Positions 38,275 through 47,495 of a stretch of 55,309 nucleotides of DNA are shown here, piece after piece. The position numbers and the translations under genes are program-made. How positions within the stretch are numbered: position 1 is the stretch's first letter; every line of letters begins with the position of its first letter. Source of the stretch: a virus (lineage: Duplodnaviria > Caudoviricetes); IMG/VR virus record IMGVR_UViG_3300044518_000003, positions 1-55,309 of that record. The stretch is one strand, 5' to 3'. A model generated the notes under the pieces. That model was not told the origin of the DNA and did not search any database. It worked only from the letters and a program-made list of their open reading frames with translations.

Positions 38275-38294
38275 CTCAGGTGTGAGCGGAAGGC

Positions 38295-38909
38295 TTACGC
38301 GCGTTGAGCGTCTACCGAGCCCGCTGCGATCTGTGCCGTGGCCAGCTGATCGAGCTCTTGCTTCGTCAGCGGCGGCAGCACTTCGAGTGCAAACTCACGC
38401 ACCCAGCGGGACTCGACACGGTTCGTGCCCGTGCGGCGATCCTTGATCGTGCGAATGTCGTGGAACTTGCGCGCCTCGAGCTGCTTGAAGATGATGTACG
38501 GGACGTGGTAGCCGCCGTCCGTGAATTCACCGTAGGGGATGAACTTGCGCACAGTGCCCAGATGCTCGTTGGCGACCGTGAAGATTTCACCTGGCAGATC
38601 CTTCTTCTTCGGATCCAGGTTGGTGATGCGCACACGCACCAGCTTCATCTGTTCATCGAACAGGTGCTGACGCAGCGACTTGCGCTTGACCGGGACGGTC
38701 TCGCCGGCGAGGGGATTCGGTGCGAAGGTGCCATCTGCGGCAGGTTCCTGCGCCGGCTGCTCTTCGACTTTGCCTTCCATGGCGTCGTTCACCTTCTTGC
38801 GAAGGGCGTCGAGGCCAATGTTGTTGCTGAACGTGAGACCCATCATGCGGGCGCGTTGCTTGAGAACGTCGAGTTCGCTCGGCTGGGTCGGATCGAGGGG
38901 TTCCATCAT
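38295..38909 (-). CDS. Conserved morphogenesis protein (N4 gp55-like)
   Basis: ELDVLKQRA..MG..FSNNIG; KLVRVRITNLDPKKKDLPGEI; LPPLT..EL..LA. Confidence 0.85.
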   Translation of the reverse strand: MMEPLDPTQPSELDVLKQRARMMGLTFSNNIGLDALRKKVNDAMEGKVEEQPAQEPAADGTFAPNPLAGETVPVKRKSLRQHLFDEQMKLVRVRITNLDPKKKDLPGEIFTVANEHLGTVRKFIPYGEFTDGGYHVPYIIFKQLEARKFHDIRTIKDRRTGTNRVESRWVREFALEVLPPLTKQELDQLATAQIAAGSVDAQRA

Positions 38910-38935
38910 GTGCTCCAGGGATTCATTCGGAGGAA

Positions 38936-38986
38936 CCAGGGAAAGGAAGGAAGGCTGCGGGGACCAACCTCACTTCCCTTCCCTGG
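38936..38986 (-). other. Long stem-loop downstream of major capsid gene
   Basis: Minus strand CCAGGGAAGGGAAG/CTTCCTTTCCCTGG plus inner GAGGTTG/CAGCCTT; no clear U-tract. Confidence 0.55.
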
Positions 38987-39003
38987 CTCATTCAACTATC
39001 GGC

Positions 39004-40242
39004 TTAGACCGGGGCGACGCTCTTGAGCAGGCCGATACGTTCCGGGCGCTTGATCAGGATACCGTAGTACCACTTGATCGAGCTGAAGCCGGTTTCGCCA
39101 TACGGATCGTTACGATCCGCCGTGTCTTGACCCGGCATCTTCGTGAGCACCGAGAACTTGACGGTCTTGCCGTCCGTCTGGAAGCCGATCGTCGTGAACG
39201 AGTCGTCGCCCAGGCAGATCATCGGGTAGACGTCGTAGTGCTCGGCACCGCTGACCATCGACGCACGATAGCCCGGGTTCGTACCGACTGCAGCGCCAGC
39301 GCCTGCCCAGTGCTGCATTTCCGGCACCTGGATGATGCGGAACTTGTCGATCGAGCCGATTTCACCGTTCAGCACCGTGCCGGCCGCCGAGTAGTGCTGG
39401 ATCTCGACGAACGCCTTGTTGCCGAACAGATCCTTCATGCCCTTGAGCAGCGGGACGAGCTCGTTGCCGCAGTAGATCACGCGGGTTGCACCGATCACTT
39501 GCGTGTCGATGTTGCGCGAACCCGTGATGATGGTCGTCTGCGTCGGCGTGCGGTTGTCCGTGAGGATCTGGTCCAGGCGCATCATGTTCTGATACGTCAG
39601 GAGCGAGGCCGGGATTTCCGGCACCGCACCAGCAGCCGGCGTCACTTCACCGGTGATCTCCGAGTCCTGCGTAGCCGCGCCGGCGAAGATCACGACACCT
39701 GCCGAAGCCAGCAGGTCGGCCTGGAGAGCGGCTTCGGTCATCTGCACCGCACCGTTCATCAGTTCCGTCGAGAGATGGTCCATCAGGCCATCGTCCGAGT
39801 CGAAGTCGAGCGCTTCCTGCGTGAACTCAGTGAAGAAGCCGAACTTGTGGATCGTGCCTTCACGCGTGAGACGGGTAAAGCCGACGCGGTTCACGCGGCC
39901 ACCGTTTTCCGTGAGCGTCGGCAGCTTCGAGGTGATCGTGCCCACGTCACGGCTCGAACCATAGAGGTTGCCGTTGGCGAGCGTGACACCCGTGGCGTCG
40001 ATGCCCTGGTCGTTCACGTTGCGGTCGTCGAGCAGCGGCACGTATTCGAACACCTTGATGCTCTTGCCGAAGTTCTTCGGCATGTTCGTCACGTTCGCCA
40101 GCGGCATGAAGAACTGCAGCTTGCGAGCGTAGACGATGGCCTTCTTCAGGTAGAAGAAGGTGAGCATCTGGTTCGAACCAGCACCGTCAATGCCCGATGC
40201 CGTACCCGAAGCGGTGGTGGTTGGAGCGTTGTAATTCAACAT
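39004..40242 (-). CDS. Major capsid protein (N4 gp56-like)
   Basis: [27 protein letters not shown]; [16 protein letters not shown]; [16 protein letters not shown]. Confidence 0.96.
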   Translation of the reverse strand: MLNYNAPTTTASGTASGIDGAGSNQMLTFFYLKKAIVYARKLQFFMPLANVTNMPKNFGKSIKVFEYVPLLDDRNVNDQGIDATGVTLANGNLYGSSRDVGTITSKLPTLTENGGRVNRVGFTRLTREGTIHKFGFFTEFTQEALDFDSDDGLMDHLSTELMNGAVQMTEAALQADLLASAGVVIFAGAATQDSEITGEVTPAAGAVPEIPASLLTYQNMMRLDQILTDNRTPTQTTIITGSRNIDTQVIGATRVIYCGNELVPLLKGMKDLFGNKAFVEIQHYSAAGTVLNGEIGSIDKFRIIQVPEMQHWAGAGAAVGTNPGYRASMVSGAEHYDVYPMICLGDDSFTTIGFQTDGKTVKFSVLTKMPGQDTADRNDPYGETGFSSIKWYYGILIKRPERIGLLKSVAPV

Positions 40243-40254
40243 GGATCAGGATCC

Positions 40255-41505
40255 TTAAACACGATTTTTCATCTGTTTGAGGAAGTCGTCATCGCTCAGG
40301 GAGAGCGGATTGACGAACTTCTCAGCCTTTCCGGGAGTGCTCCGCGAAGCCGCAGCGGCACTTGCCTGATCCCCATTCGAGACGTCCGACTTCGGCGTCG
40401 CAACGCGAGTAGCAACGGGCGTGACCGGTGTGTGCGTATGCACAGTTTGGGCCGAGCCTTGGGCAGGTTTCACGAGATCGTTGAACTTGCCCTGTTGCTG
40501 CATCACGTCACCGACAGCCTTGTAGGCCGACAGGAACGAGGTTCCGACCGGAATTTGCCCCAATGCCTGGAGACGGTTCACTTCAGCCGTGATGCGGTCG
40601 TAGATACCGTTTTCACGTTGCTGGTGAATCGCCGTCAGGATCTGCGGCTCCTTCCACAGCACTTCCTTACTGGCCTGATCCCACGTCGAGTTGACTGCCT
40701 GAAGCGTGAGCTTCCCGTCTGGATTGGAACTGAGGTCGTCCAGGACGTTGCGGAAGTTCGCTTCATCGTCACTGACCTTGTGATTTCCACCAAGGTAGTT
40801 TGATTCTTCGCTGGTATCGATGGACAGGGGATCGACTCCCTTGTCCTTCAGCAGCTTCTGGATTGCCTTGGAGTCGCCGTTGTTCACATCAATGAGGAAC
40901 GAGAGCTTGTCCGGGTCCAGCAGACCACTGTTTTCCAGCATCAGCAGCGTCTTTCGATGCGGCTGAATGTCCTGCATCTTGCGGGTGTAGTTGGCGCCCA
41001 TCTGCATGAGCTGGATCGCTTCCTGCGGATCACGCAGTTCGATCGTCTTGCCGTTTGCCTTGAACGGCGCCATCACCTGCTTGTAGAAACCTTCGTAATC
41101 GACAGCAGTGGCAGTGCTGGCGGCAGCAGCCGAATCCTTGCCGGTTGCGGCGGGATCCGTCTTCTGGGCACCGTCCTTGGCTGCAGCCGTCGCTGCTGCG
41201 GGAGCCGTGCTTGCAGTTGCCGTGTCAGTCTTGCCTTCCTGGCCGACTTCCGTATTGACCTGAGCATTATCTGCGTTCAGGTTAACTTTGTCAGCATCTG
41301 ACTCGACAACAACTTCAGCTTCAGCTGCATTGTGTTGCGGTTGAGCAGCAGGAGCTGCTGCTTCAACGGCTGCCGGGGTCTCGACAACGGCGACTTCTTG
41401 AACCTTCTGCTCCGGCTCGACCGGGGTCGAACCAGGCGGAAGCTGCTTCAGGAAGTCGTCGTCACTCAGGCCCAGCGGATTCACTGCATCCGTAGGAGTG
41501 CCCAT
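40255..41505 (-). CDS. N4 gp57-like protein (often annotated tape measure; scaffold-like)
   Basis: APFKANGK, LMQMGANYTRKM; position upstream of MCP. Confidence 0.85.
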   Translation of the reverse strand: MGTPTDAVNPLGLSDDDFLKQLPPGSTPVEPEQKVQEVAVVETPAAVEAAAPAAQPQHNAAEAEVVVESDADKVNLNADNAQVNTEVGQEGKTDTATASTAPAAATAAAKDGAQKTDPAATGKDSAAAASTATAVDYEGFYKQVMAPFKANGKTIELRDPQEAIQLMQMGANYTRKMQDIQPHRKTLLMLENSGLLDPDKLSFLIDVNNGDSKAIQKLLKDKGVDPLSIDTSEESNYLGGNHKVSDDEANFRNVLDDLSSNPDGKLTLQAVNSTWDQASKEVLWKEPQILTAIHQQRENGIYDRITAEVNRLQALGQIPVGTSFLSAYKAVGDVMQQQGKFNDLVKPAQGSAQTVHTHTPVTPVATRVATPKSDVSNGDQASAAAASRSTPGKAEKFVNPLSLSDDDFLKQMKNRV

Positions 41506-41507
41506 GT

Positions 41508-41843
41508 TTATTCACCCTGTTCCTGACGAGCGGCGACGAGTGCTTCCTCGACGGCTTCGATGTCACGCTCGGCAACACTGCCCATCTGGATCTTCACCGA
41601 CAGAAAACGGCGGAGATGGCCAGCTGCCTGGGCCATGGCCAGCGCATCAGCACGTTCATTCGCGCCGAGTGCCGGGTCTGCCGACGACTGCGCATACCGG
41701 GCGCATTCCTTCGTACAGAACTCGTCGAGGATCAGGGCACGGAATTCGCGGTTGTCCGCGAGTTTAAGTGCAAGACGCTTCTGCTCGACCAGGTGCTTTG
41801 CATCCTTGAGTTGACGTTCGAGTTGTTGGACTTCCGCAGACAT
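41508..41843 (-). CDS. Conserved hypothetical protein (N4 gp58-like)
   Basis: L..NREFR.LILDEF; between portal and gp57. Confidence 0.85.
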   Translation of the reverse strand: MSAEVQQLERQLKDAKHLVEQKRLALKLADNREFRALILDEFCTKECARYAQSSADPALGANERADALAMAQAAGHLRRFLSVKIQMGSVAERDIEAVEEALVAARQEQGE

Positions 41844-41853
41844 GGTTTGGTCC

Positions 41854-44181
41854 TTACATGTTCAAGTTAGGGTTGAGATCCGGATTCACTGCAGGATTAA
41901 AGTGCATTGAACCGAGGTTGTTTTGCGGGTTCACCTGGGGAGGATGCCCCCCAAAGTTACCTTGCGGAATGCTACCGTCAGGAGTACCAGGCTGTCCAGC
42001 ATTTGTCTGAGCTTTAGACAGTGCGTTATACCCCACAGCAGCCTTAACATTCGGCTTCGACTCCGAGCCATTGGCGTTTTTCGTGGGCTTGAGGAGTGCC
42101 TTGGTCACCTCGAGATTCTGGTTACCTTCGGCCTGCGCCTGCTGCTTCTGCATATCGCGTGCATGCTGGGTGCCAGATTCCTGCTCGACATAGTTGAGGT
42201 TCTGCATGTCAGCATTCGCACCGGCCATACGAGCTTGAGCCAGGAAGAGCTTGGCCTGCGCCTCGTTACGGTCGTACTCGGATTTCTTGACCTGCAGTTC
42301 CATCTGCTGCATCTGCTGCGTGAACGGATCCGGTTGCGGCTGGTAGTTCTCGATGCGATGAGCCAGTTCAGGCATACGCTTCAGACGTGCGATCTGCGCC
42401 AGGATGAGCTGCACCATGCCCCAGTCACCCTTCGGTCCCAGGGTCTGTAGCATGAAGGCCAGATCCTGCGACTGGGCGTTGTCCACCTCTGCCGTCGAGA
42501 TATCGACCTCGAGACTGAACTCACCCACCAGGTCGTCACGGCTGATCGTCTGGAACTGTTCCTGGGTGATAGGGACCACTTCCTGTTCCGAGAGAAACAC
42601 CCCGTTCATCGAGATGATCTTGCGGCCCACTTCGGACATGCCCTCGGCCAGCCGGCGAAGGATCGCCATTTCCCGCTTCGATGCTGCGTCGAGCATGCCC
42701 CGGATGCCGGCTGCCACGTCACCATAGGCCTCGCCAGACATGCCGCCCGAGAAGGACTTCACGCCCGTGAGCGATTCCGCCTCCTGGTTCATCATGTTGG
42801 CCATGAGCATGCCCGACTGCGGAATCTCGGGATACTTGTGCTCGATGAGCCCCTGCTGCACCGGCAGGTTCGGGTTGAACTCGTAGTCCTTGCCTTCCTC
42901 GTACCGGCGACGGTTCAGCGGATCGAGCATGCCCTTGGCGAAGCCCTGCTGGCCATTTGCCGATCGTCCCATCAGGTCGATCATGCCGCGCATGACTGCA
43001 CCGAGCACGGCCTGGTTGTCCTCGAGCAGCTCGGCATCCGGCTCACCGTAGGCTTCGCGCTTACGGGGCAGGTACGGCACGAGCACGAACGGCAGCTTCT
43101 GGTCCGGGAACGGGTTGAGCTCCATGCGGATCAGGACACTGCCGATCCAGGAAGCGACGAACGGCACGAGGTTGCCGTCCTTGTTGATGTCGTAGAAGCC
43201 CCAGTATTCGTAGACCACGACCTTCTTGCGCATCGGATCCTGGAACGAAAAGCTCGTCGGCGTCTGCGTGTAGTGGTCCGGCTGGTTCAGCGGCGCATTG
43301 CCCTCCCAGTCCACCTGGTCGAGGTTCTTGTAGCGGTCACCGTCCTTCTTGAGCTCGGACTGGTTGGTTTCCCAGGTGACGATCGCAAAGAGCGCCTTCG
43401 ACGGATCGCCATTGCACGAGGGGTCGAGGAAGAAGTTGCGGGGATCCAGGATCTCAGCCGTGGGCCGGTTCTCGACCACCTGCTCAACCGTCACCTTCGT
43501 GGTGCCAGTCTGCTGCGCAACAGTGGCCTGCCCTGATTCGTTGTAGAAGTCCACTGCCGACTGCAACTCAGGCGTGGCCTGTTGCTGGTAGGTTGCCGGG
43601 TCGGTCTGGGAGAGTTGCAGTGCCTGCTGGAAGGCCTGCATGTCCTCCGGCGACGTGATCTGGAAGTGGCTGAAGACCGGCGCATCCTGCTTGACCTTGT
43701 TGGTCACGCGCTTCCAACCCAGGCGAATGATGGCCGTGCCGTCATCGACCACCGAGCGCACGAAATCGTCGACGAACTTGACCCGGTTGAACTTGGTGCG
43801 GAACTGGTGGTTGAGCACCATCTCGTTCTGCTGGGCGGCCTTGGTCGAGGTCCAGTTCGCCGGCGAGACCTTGAAGAGCTTGTTGGAGCCAAGGAAAGGC
43901 TCGGTCAGGGCCGAGTAGCGCCACTCTGCCTGACGGCGGATGAGCTTCGGCTGCACACTGGAGCGGCCCTTGACCTTCGGAATCTTGGCCGTGCCCCGCA
44001 CATGGAGCAGGTCATTCCAGCGATCGATCTCCGTCACCATCAGGTCACGGGACGGTTTCGCCGACTGGAGATCTAGAGTCAGGGTCTGGAGTGAGGGTTC
44101 ATTGACCCAGTTGGTCAGCTTTTGCGAGACGTCCGGGCTGACCGGGAGTGCCTCGTTATTGCCTGTCGGGGGAGTTGCCAT
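41854..44181 (-). CDS. Portal protein (N4 gp59-like)
   Basis: [60 protein letters not shown]. Confidence 0.96.
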   Translation of the reverse strand: MATPPTGNNEALPVSPDVSQKLTNWVNEPSLQTLTLDLQSAKPSRDLMVTEIDRWNDLLHVRGTAKIPKVKGRSSVQPKLIRRQAEWRYSALTEPFLGSNKLFKVSPANWTSTKAAQQNEMVLNHQFRTKFNRVKFVDDFVRSVVDDGTAIIRLGWKRVTNKVKQDAPVFSHFQITSPEDMQAFQQALQLSQTDPATYQQQATPELQSAVDFYNESGQATVAQQTGTTKVTVEQVVENRPTAEILDPRNFFLDPSCNGDPSKALFAIVTWETNQSELKKDGDRYKNLDQVDWEGNAPLNQPDHYTQTPTSFSFQDPMRKKVVVYEYWGFYDINKDGNLVPFVASWIGSVLIRMELNPFPDQKLPFVLVPYLPRKREAYGEPDAELLEDNQAVLGAVMRGMIDLMGRSANGQQGFAKGMLDPLNRRRYEEGKDYEFNPNLPVQQGLIEHKYPEIPQSGMLMANMMNQEAESLTGVKSFSGGMSGEAYGDVAAGIRGMLDAASKREMAILRRLAEGMSEVGRKIISMNGVFLSEQEVVPITQEQFQTISRDDLVGEFSLEVDISTAEVDNAQSQDLAFMLQTLGPKGDWGMVQLILAQIARLKRMPELAHRIENYQPQPDPFTQQMQQMELQVKKSEYDRNEAQAKLFLAQARMAGANADMQNLNYVEQESGTQHARDMQKQQAQAEGNQNLEVTKALLKPTKNANGSESKPNVKAAVGYNALSKAQTNAGQPGTPDGSIPQGNFGGHPPQVNPQNNLGSMHFNPAVNPDLNPNLNM

Positions 44182-44221
44182 CGGTCAGTACCTGGTCGAT
44201 TCAGTCAGGAGTACCAGGCGC

Positions 44222-44266
44222 AAAAAGAAGGGGAGAAGAGAACATGTCCCTCCTCCCCTGCTTTTT
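44222..44266 (-). terminator. Rho-independent terminator ending the lysis cassette (possibly bidirectional)
   Basis: Minus strand AGGGGAGGAGGGA/TCTCTTCTCCCCT stem with T/A runs on both flanks. Confidence 0.75.
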
Positions 44267-44277
44267 ACGTCCGGGAA

Positions 44278-44670
44278 TTACGCAGCAACTGCAGCCGTGC
44301 TCGCAGCAGCTGCGACAACAGCGACGGGAGCGGCGGCCGCCGTCGAAACACTGGCCGAGCTCGAGCTGTCCGTGGCGGCTGCCGAGACAGCGTTGTACGC
44401 AGCCTTCGACTCACCGATGAACGCCGTGAGGGCTGCGACGAGATCCGCACCCAGGGTGATGCCCTTCGTGTTGGCCACCGCTTCGACAGCGGCGAGTACC
44501 GACTGGAGCTTCGACTCGCCTGCATTGATCGAATCGGCATAGGCCGTTTCCATCACGTCCATGAACTGGACGGCGTAGCCCTTGAGGGCGTCGAAGTCTG
44601 CGACGAGTGCATCGGCCACCGAGAAGGCGGTGGAGACGGCGGCTGCAATGCTGGTGAGTGAGAGTTTCAT
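44278..44670 (-). CDS. Ala-rich helical protein at the end of the lysis cassette (130 aa)
   Basis: Start revised to MKLSLTS at 44670, GAGGA SD; amphipathic helices. Confidence 0.75.
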   Translation of the reverse strand: MKLSLTSIAAAVSTAFSVADALVADFDALKGYAVQFMDVMETAYADSINAGESKLQSVLAAVEAVANTKGITLGADLVAALTAFIGESKAAYNAVSAAATDSSSSASVSTAAAAPVAVVAAAASTAAVAA

Positions 44671-44701
44671 GACCGGTTTCCTCTTCGGAGTGGGTTGTAC
44701 G

Positions 44702-45049
44702 TCAGTTGATAAGCCCTTGGGCTCGGAGATTGGAGAGACAGCTGGCAACTGCTCTTCGCTTGCCTTGCTCTCTGGCAAGCACGGCGTCGGAACTAACGGC
44801 CCAGTCTTGCCAGTGCTCGGCATAGTCGGTGACCTGTGGAAGCGAGTTTTCATCCACCGGAGGTACTGGGTAAGCTGGGGAACGTTCATACGGGGCATCC
44901 TCGCCGCAGTTAACCGTGGGTACGAGTACCCGTGTCTGCGCCACCTGCGGCTGAATCGTCGCGGGAGGCTTCGAGAACAGCTGCGCGAGCGCGCAACCCT
45001 GCAGCAGCAGCAAGCTGCTCATGGCGACTATCAGCGACGTCTTGCGCAT
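44702..45049 (-). CDS. o-spanin (Rz1-like lipoprotein)
   Basis: MRKTSLIVAMSSLLLLQG-C lipobox; AGGAGA SD; Pro-rich; starts inside the i-spanin gene in another frame. Confidence 0.85.
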   Translation of the reverse strand: MRKTSLIVAMSSLLLLQGCALAQLFSKPPATIQPQVAQTRVLVPTVNCGEDAPYERSPAYPVPPVDENSLPQVTDYAEHWQDWAVSSDAVLAREQGKRRAVASCLSNLRAQGLIN

Positions 45050-45251
45050 GTTGATCTCCTGCGTCAATGCTTTGCTGGGCTTGACGGGCTGCATCAGCCT
45101 CCACCGCAGCGGTTTTGTTCAGCGTCTGGACCGCCTGCGTCACTTCAGCCTCGGGGCTCGGTGCCGCAGACGACTTGCCAAAGATCGACTTGATGAAGGT
45201 CACACCCCCATTCAGGATCGACACGATGGTTGCGATGATCGTCAGGCTCAT
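44910..45251 (-). CDS. i-spanin (Rz-like)
   Basis: N-terminal hydrophobic segment, helical periplasmic part, directly after endolysin, overlaps lipoprotein gene. Confidence 0.7.
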   Translation of the reverse strand: MSLTIIATIVSILNGGVTFIKSIFGKSSAAPSPEAEVTQAVQTLNKTAAVEADAARQAQQSIDAGDQHAQDVADSRHEQLAAAAGLRARAAVLEASRDDSAAGGADTGTRTHG

Positions 45252-45679
45252 TGCACGTTCTTGAAAAAGATGTGGTTGCCGATCTGCACCGTCCGGGTAG
45301 CTGTTTTCGCCCAGGCCGGCGCAGCAATACTGGCTGCGTAGTAGTGCGTAGCGCCATCGGTCGGATCCGGTGCAAAGTTGCCAAGCACCTGGAGTGCAGC
45401 GTCTTCACACTGTGCATATGCACTCTGGGGAATTTGCTTCGAGCCAGAGAGGAAGGGATAGTTGGGGTCGTTGCTGTTCCAGCTCGAGAACTGGTACGGG
45501 GCTTTACACACCGCCGTGTAGTTCTTCCCCCACCATATGATTGGGGAAAGCACACGGTTAGCAATGACCCAGGCAACTCCAACCTGCCCTTCCTGCGGCT
45601 CTCCACGGGCTTCACCCCACAGAGTTCTCGTCACAGTGTCGAGATCACCCGCAGTATATGTTGGAAGAGTAACAGACAT
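45248..45679 (-). CDS. Endolysin, SleB/Hydrolase_2-type cell wall hydrolase
   Basis: TLWGEARGE, VAWVIANRV, YQFSSWN, DPTDGATHYY, IGNHIFF. Confidence 0.92.
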   Translation of the reverse strand: MSVTLPTYTAGDLDTVTRTLWGEARGEPQEGQVGVAWVIANRVLSPIIWWGKNYTAVCKAPYQFSSWNSNDPNYPFLSGSKQIPQSAYAQCEDAALQVLGNFAPDPTDGATHYYAASIAAPAWAKTATRTVQIGNHIFFKNVQ

Positions 45680-45939
45680 CAACCGTTATCCTTGTGCGAG
45701 ACCTCAAGCACCCGGGCAATGATCCCGAGGAACGTGCCGGCAGCCGGCCAGAACGTCTGCGGTTCCTGGGGGAAGAGAGTCTGGAGGTACGGGGAAAGCA
45801 CCGGCCAGTTGTCCGAGAGTTCGGCAGCCAGGTGGGCCAGTTCGGGAGTGGCCGCCATCAGGCCACTGAGCACGAGCATGATGCGGACTTCGGACCAACG
45901 CCAGGCGTCCTTCCAGTCCTCGACGAGCTTGATCTTCAT
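45679..45939 (-). CDS. Putative holin
   Basis: MKIKLVEDWKDAWRWS N-terminus, hydrophobic segments, GIIARV end; directly upstream of endolysin. Confidence 0.7.
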   Translation of the reverse strand: MKIKLVEDWKDAWRWSEVRIMLVLSGLMAATPELAHLAAELSDNWPVLSPYLQTLFPQEPQTFWPAAGTFLGIIARVLEVSHKDNG

Positions 45940-45940
45940 T

Positions 45941-46354
45941 TCATTGGTTCTCCCTTTGGGTGAGCACTTTCAGGATCCGCTCATCGCTTTCCTTGAGCGC
46001 CTGCAAGAGTTTTTTCTGGTCGATCAACGTGTCACGCTGGGCTTCCACCATGAGCATCACGCCCTTGAGCGTGCGTTCCTGGGCATCGGAAATCTGGCGT
46101 AGCTCCTTGACCATCTGGACTACCAGCCGCAGCATCTCCGCAGTCACCCGGGCCGACTCTTCCGCGACCATCATCAGGACTGCACCTGCCGTCGATGCTT
46201 CGATCGACATGATCAGGTTCGTCAGGCCGAAGTCGCTGTCGTAGCCCATCGTGCAATGGAAGACGAGCGACGAGGCGATGTACCCGCACAGGAGCCACAG
46301 GAAGTTCCTGGGATTCCTGAGTGTCAGGTACAGCTGGAGAAACTTCTTAGCCAT
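45941..46354 (-). CDS. DUF1003-like membrane protein with C-terminal coiled coil
   Basis: TM segment then D..FGLTNLIMSIEAS...VLMM, resembling DUF1003. Confidence 0.6.
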   Translation of the reverse strand: MAKKFLQLYLTLRNPRNFLWLLCGYIASSLVFHCTMGYDSDFGLTNLIMSIEASTAGAVLMMVAEESARVTAEMLRLVVQMVKELRQISDAQERTLKGVMLMVEAQRDTLIDQKKLLQALKESDERILKVLTQRENQ

Positions 46355-46778
46355 GGAAAATTCCCTTGATCTGGGCAACTCCCTGGGCGATTTCCATCAG
46401 GAAGAGCACCACCATCGCCCAGCTCATGCGGCGATTGAACTTCGTTTCCCGAGCCGTCTTGACCTCGGCCTTCTCGGTCTCGACCTCATCCAGCCGGGTC
46501 TTGTAGTGGTCAAGGCGCTCGACCATGAATTCGTCCCGCTCGAGTCGCTCGCGAAGATCTGCCCGCAGGCCGGCGATATCTTCCTTGGTCGCCAGGGTGT
46601 CCCGCAGCTCCGCCATGAAGGTGTCGAGCTGGGAGATGTGGCGATCGTGTCGTCCGAGAATCTCCTGATGGTCCCGCACGTTGCGGCGCAACTCCTCGAT
46701 CGCCTGGGCCTGCAGCCGGTCATTGGCCAGCAGTTCCTTGAGTGCGGCGAGTTGAACATCAGAAGAATCGATCGACAT
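46347..46778 (-). CDS. Coiled-coil protein with C-terminal TM anchor
   Basis: Heptad region, LATKEDI motif, terminal WAMVVLFLMEIA. Confidence 0.75.
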   Translation of the reverse strand: MSIDSSDVQLAALKELLANDRLQAQAIEELRRNVRDHQEILGRHDRHISQLDTFMAELRDTLATKEDIAGLRADLRERLERDEFMVERLDHYKTRLDEVETEKAEVKTARETKFNRRMSWAMVVLFLMEIAQGVAQIKGIFHG

Positions 46779-46796
46779 GTGAGAGCCCTGTAAACG

Positions 46797-46838
46797 AAAA
46801 AGGGGGAGCCAGACCGGTAAGGATCTGAGCTCCCCCTT
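46797..46838 (-). terminator. Terminator-like hairpin between tail and lysis modules
   Basis: AAGGGGGAGC/GCTCCCCCTT arms with a T-run on the minus strand. Confidence 0.65.
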
Positions 46839-46920
46839 GGTGAGTCATCGACTCACTGGGTATTGGATTGCTCACATGATACGGGAATGTTCCCTGGCAC
46901 TCCAGATTAGTCTGAGGAAA

Positions 46921-47109
46921 CTACTTCTTGCTGTAGCGTTCTTTCACCTGTTTGCAGTGCTGGATCCACGCAGCAGTCTTCGGCGGCAGAGGAATGCCCC
47001 GTTTCTGGAGGGCATCGAACCCTTCCATGATCGCATCGAGCTGGTCACCGAGATCCATGTAGGCTGCAGCCCGCAGAGGACGGTGATCAGGGTTGTGGCG
47101 AATCTTCAT
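46921..47109 (-). CDS. Small tail-fibre-associated protein (62 aa)
   Basis: R..AY..LGDQLDAI...VKERY.K pattern typical of genes following fibre genes. Confidence 0.65.
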   Translation of the reverse strand: MKIRHNPDHRPLRAAAYMDLGDQLDAIMEGFDALQKRGIPLPPKTAAWIQHCKQVKERYSKK

Positions 47110-47495
47110 GCCTGGGTCACCTCGAAGGTTGCGTCGAGCATCGGGAAAGCCGAGACCACCACCTTGTAGGTGGCCGGCTGCGTGAATTCCAGATCGCAGT
47201 GGTCATCTGTGCAGGTGTGTGACGTGCCATCGATCGAGATCGTGCACGGCACCGGCAGGTTCGTGAGGTTCATGCCGGTAAGCACAGCCGTGTTGGCTGG
47301 ACGGGGCACGATGGCACCGTCGCTCACATAGCTGGTTGCTGGATCACCATCACCCAGCACAATCGAACCACCATCCGGCTTGAACTGGGTTTCGACCATG
47401 AAGGCCGGCACATGACCCCGGGTCTCGATCTTTCCGGTGCTATCCGCGATGACGAACTTCGTCTGGGTGTGGTCGATCTCTACTTCTTCACTCAT
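47106..47495 (-). CDS. Tail-associated hypothetical protein (129 aa)
   Basis: ATGA-coupled on both sides; beta-rich. Confidence 0.7.
   Translation of the reverse strand: MSEEVEIDHTQTKFVIADSTGKIETRGHVPAFMVETQFKPDGGSIVLGDGDPATSYVSDGAIVPRPANTAVLTGMNLTNLPVPCTISIDGTSHTCTDDHCDLEFTQPATYKVVVSAFPMLDATFEVTQA

Noticed and set aside
38680-40803. 707-aa antisense ORF over MCP, and similar shadows at 4530-6041, 5873-7264 and 16265-17749
   Set aside because: Same antisense-shadow artefact over well-supported genes
46840-46920. Small palindromes (GTGAGTC/GACTCAC, GGGAA/TTCCC, CAGA/TCTG) and a TATCAT -10-like hexamer
   Set aside because: Short stems with no convincing -35 element; cannot support a specific call
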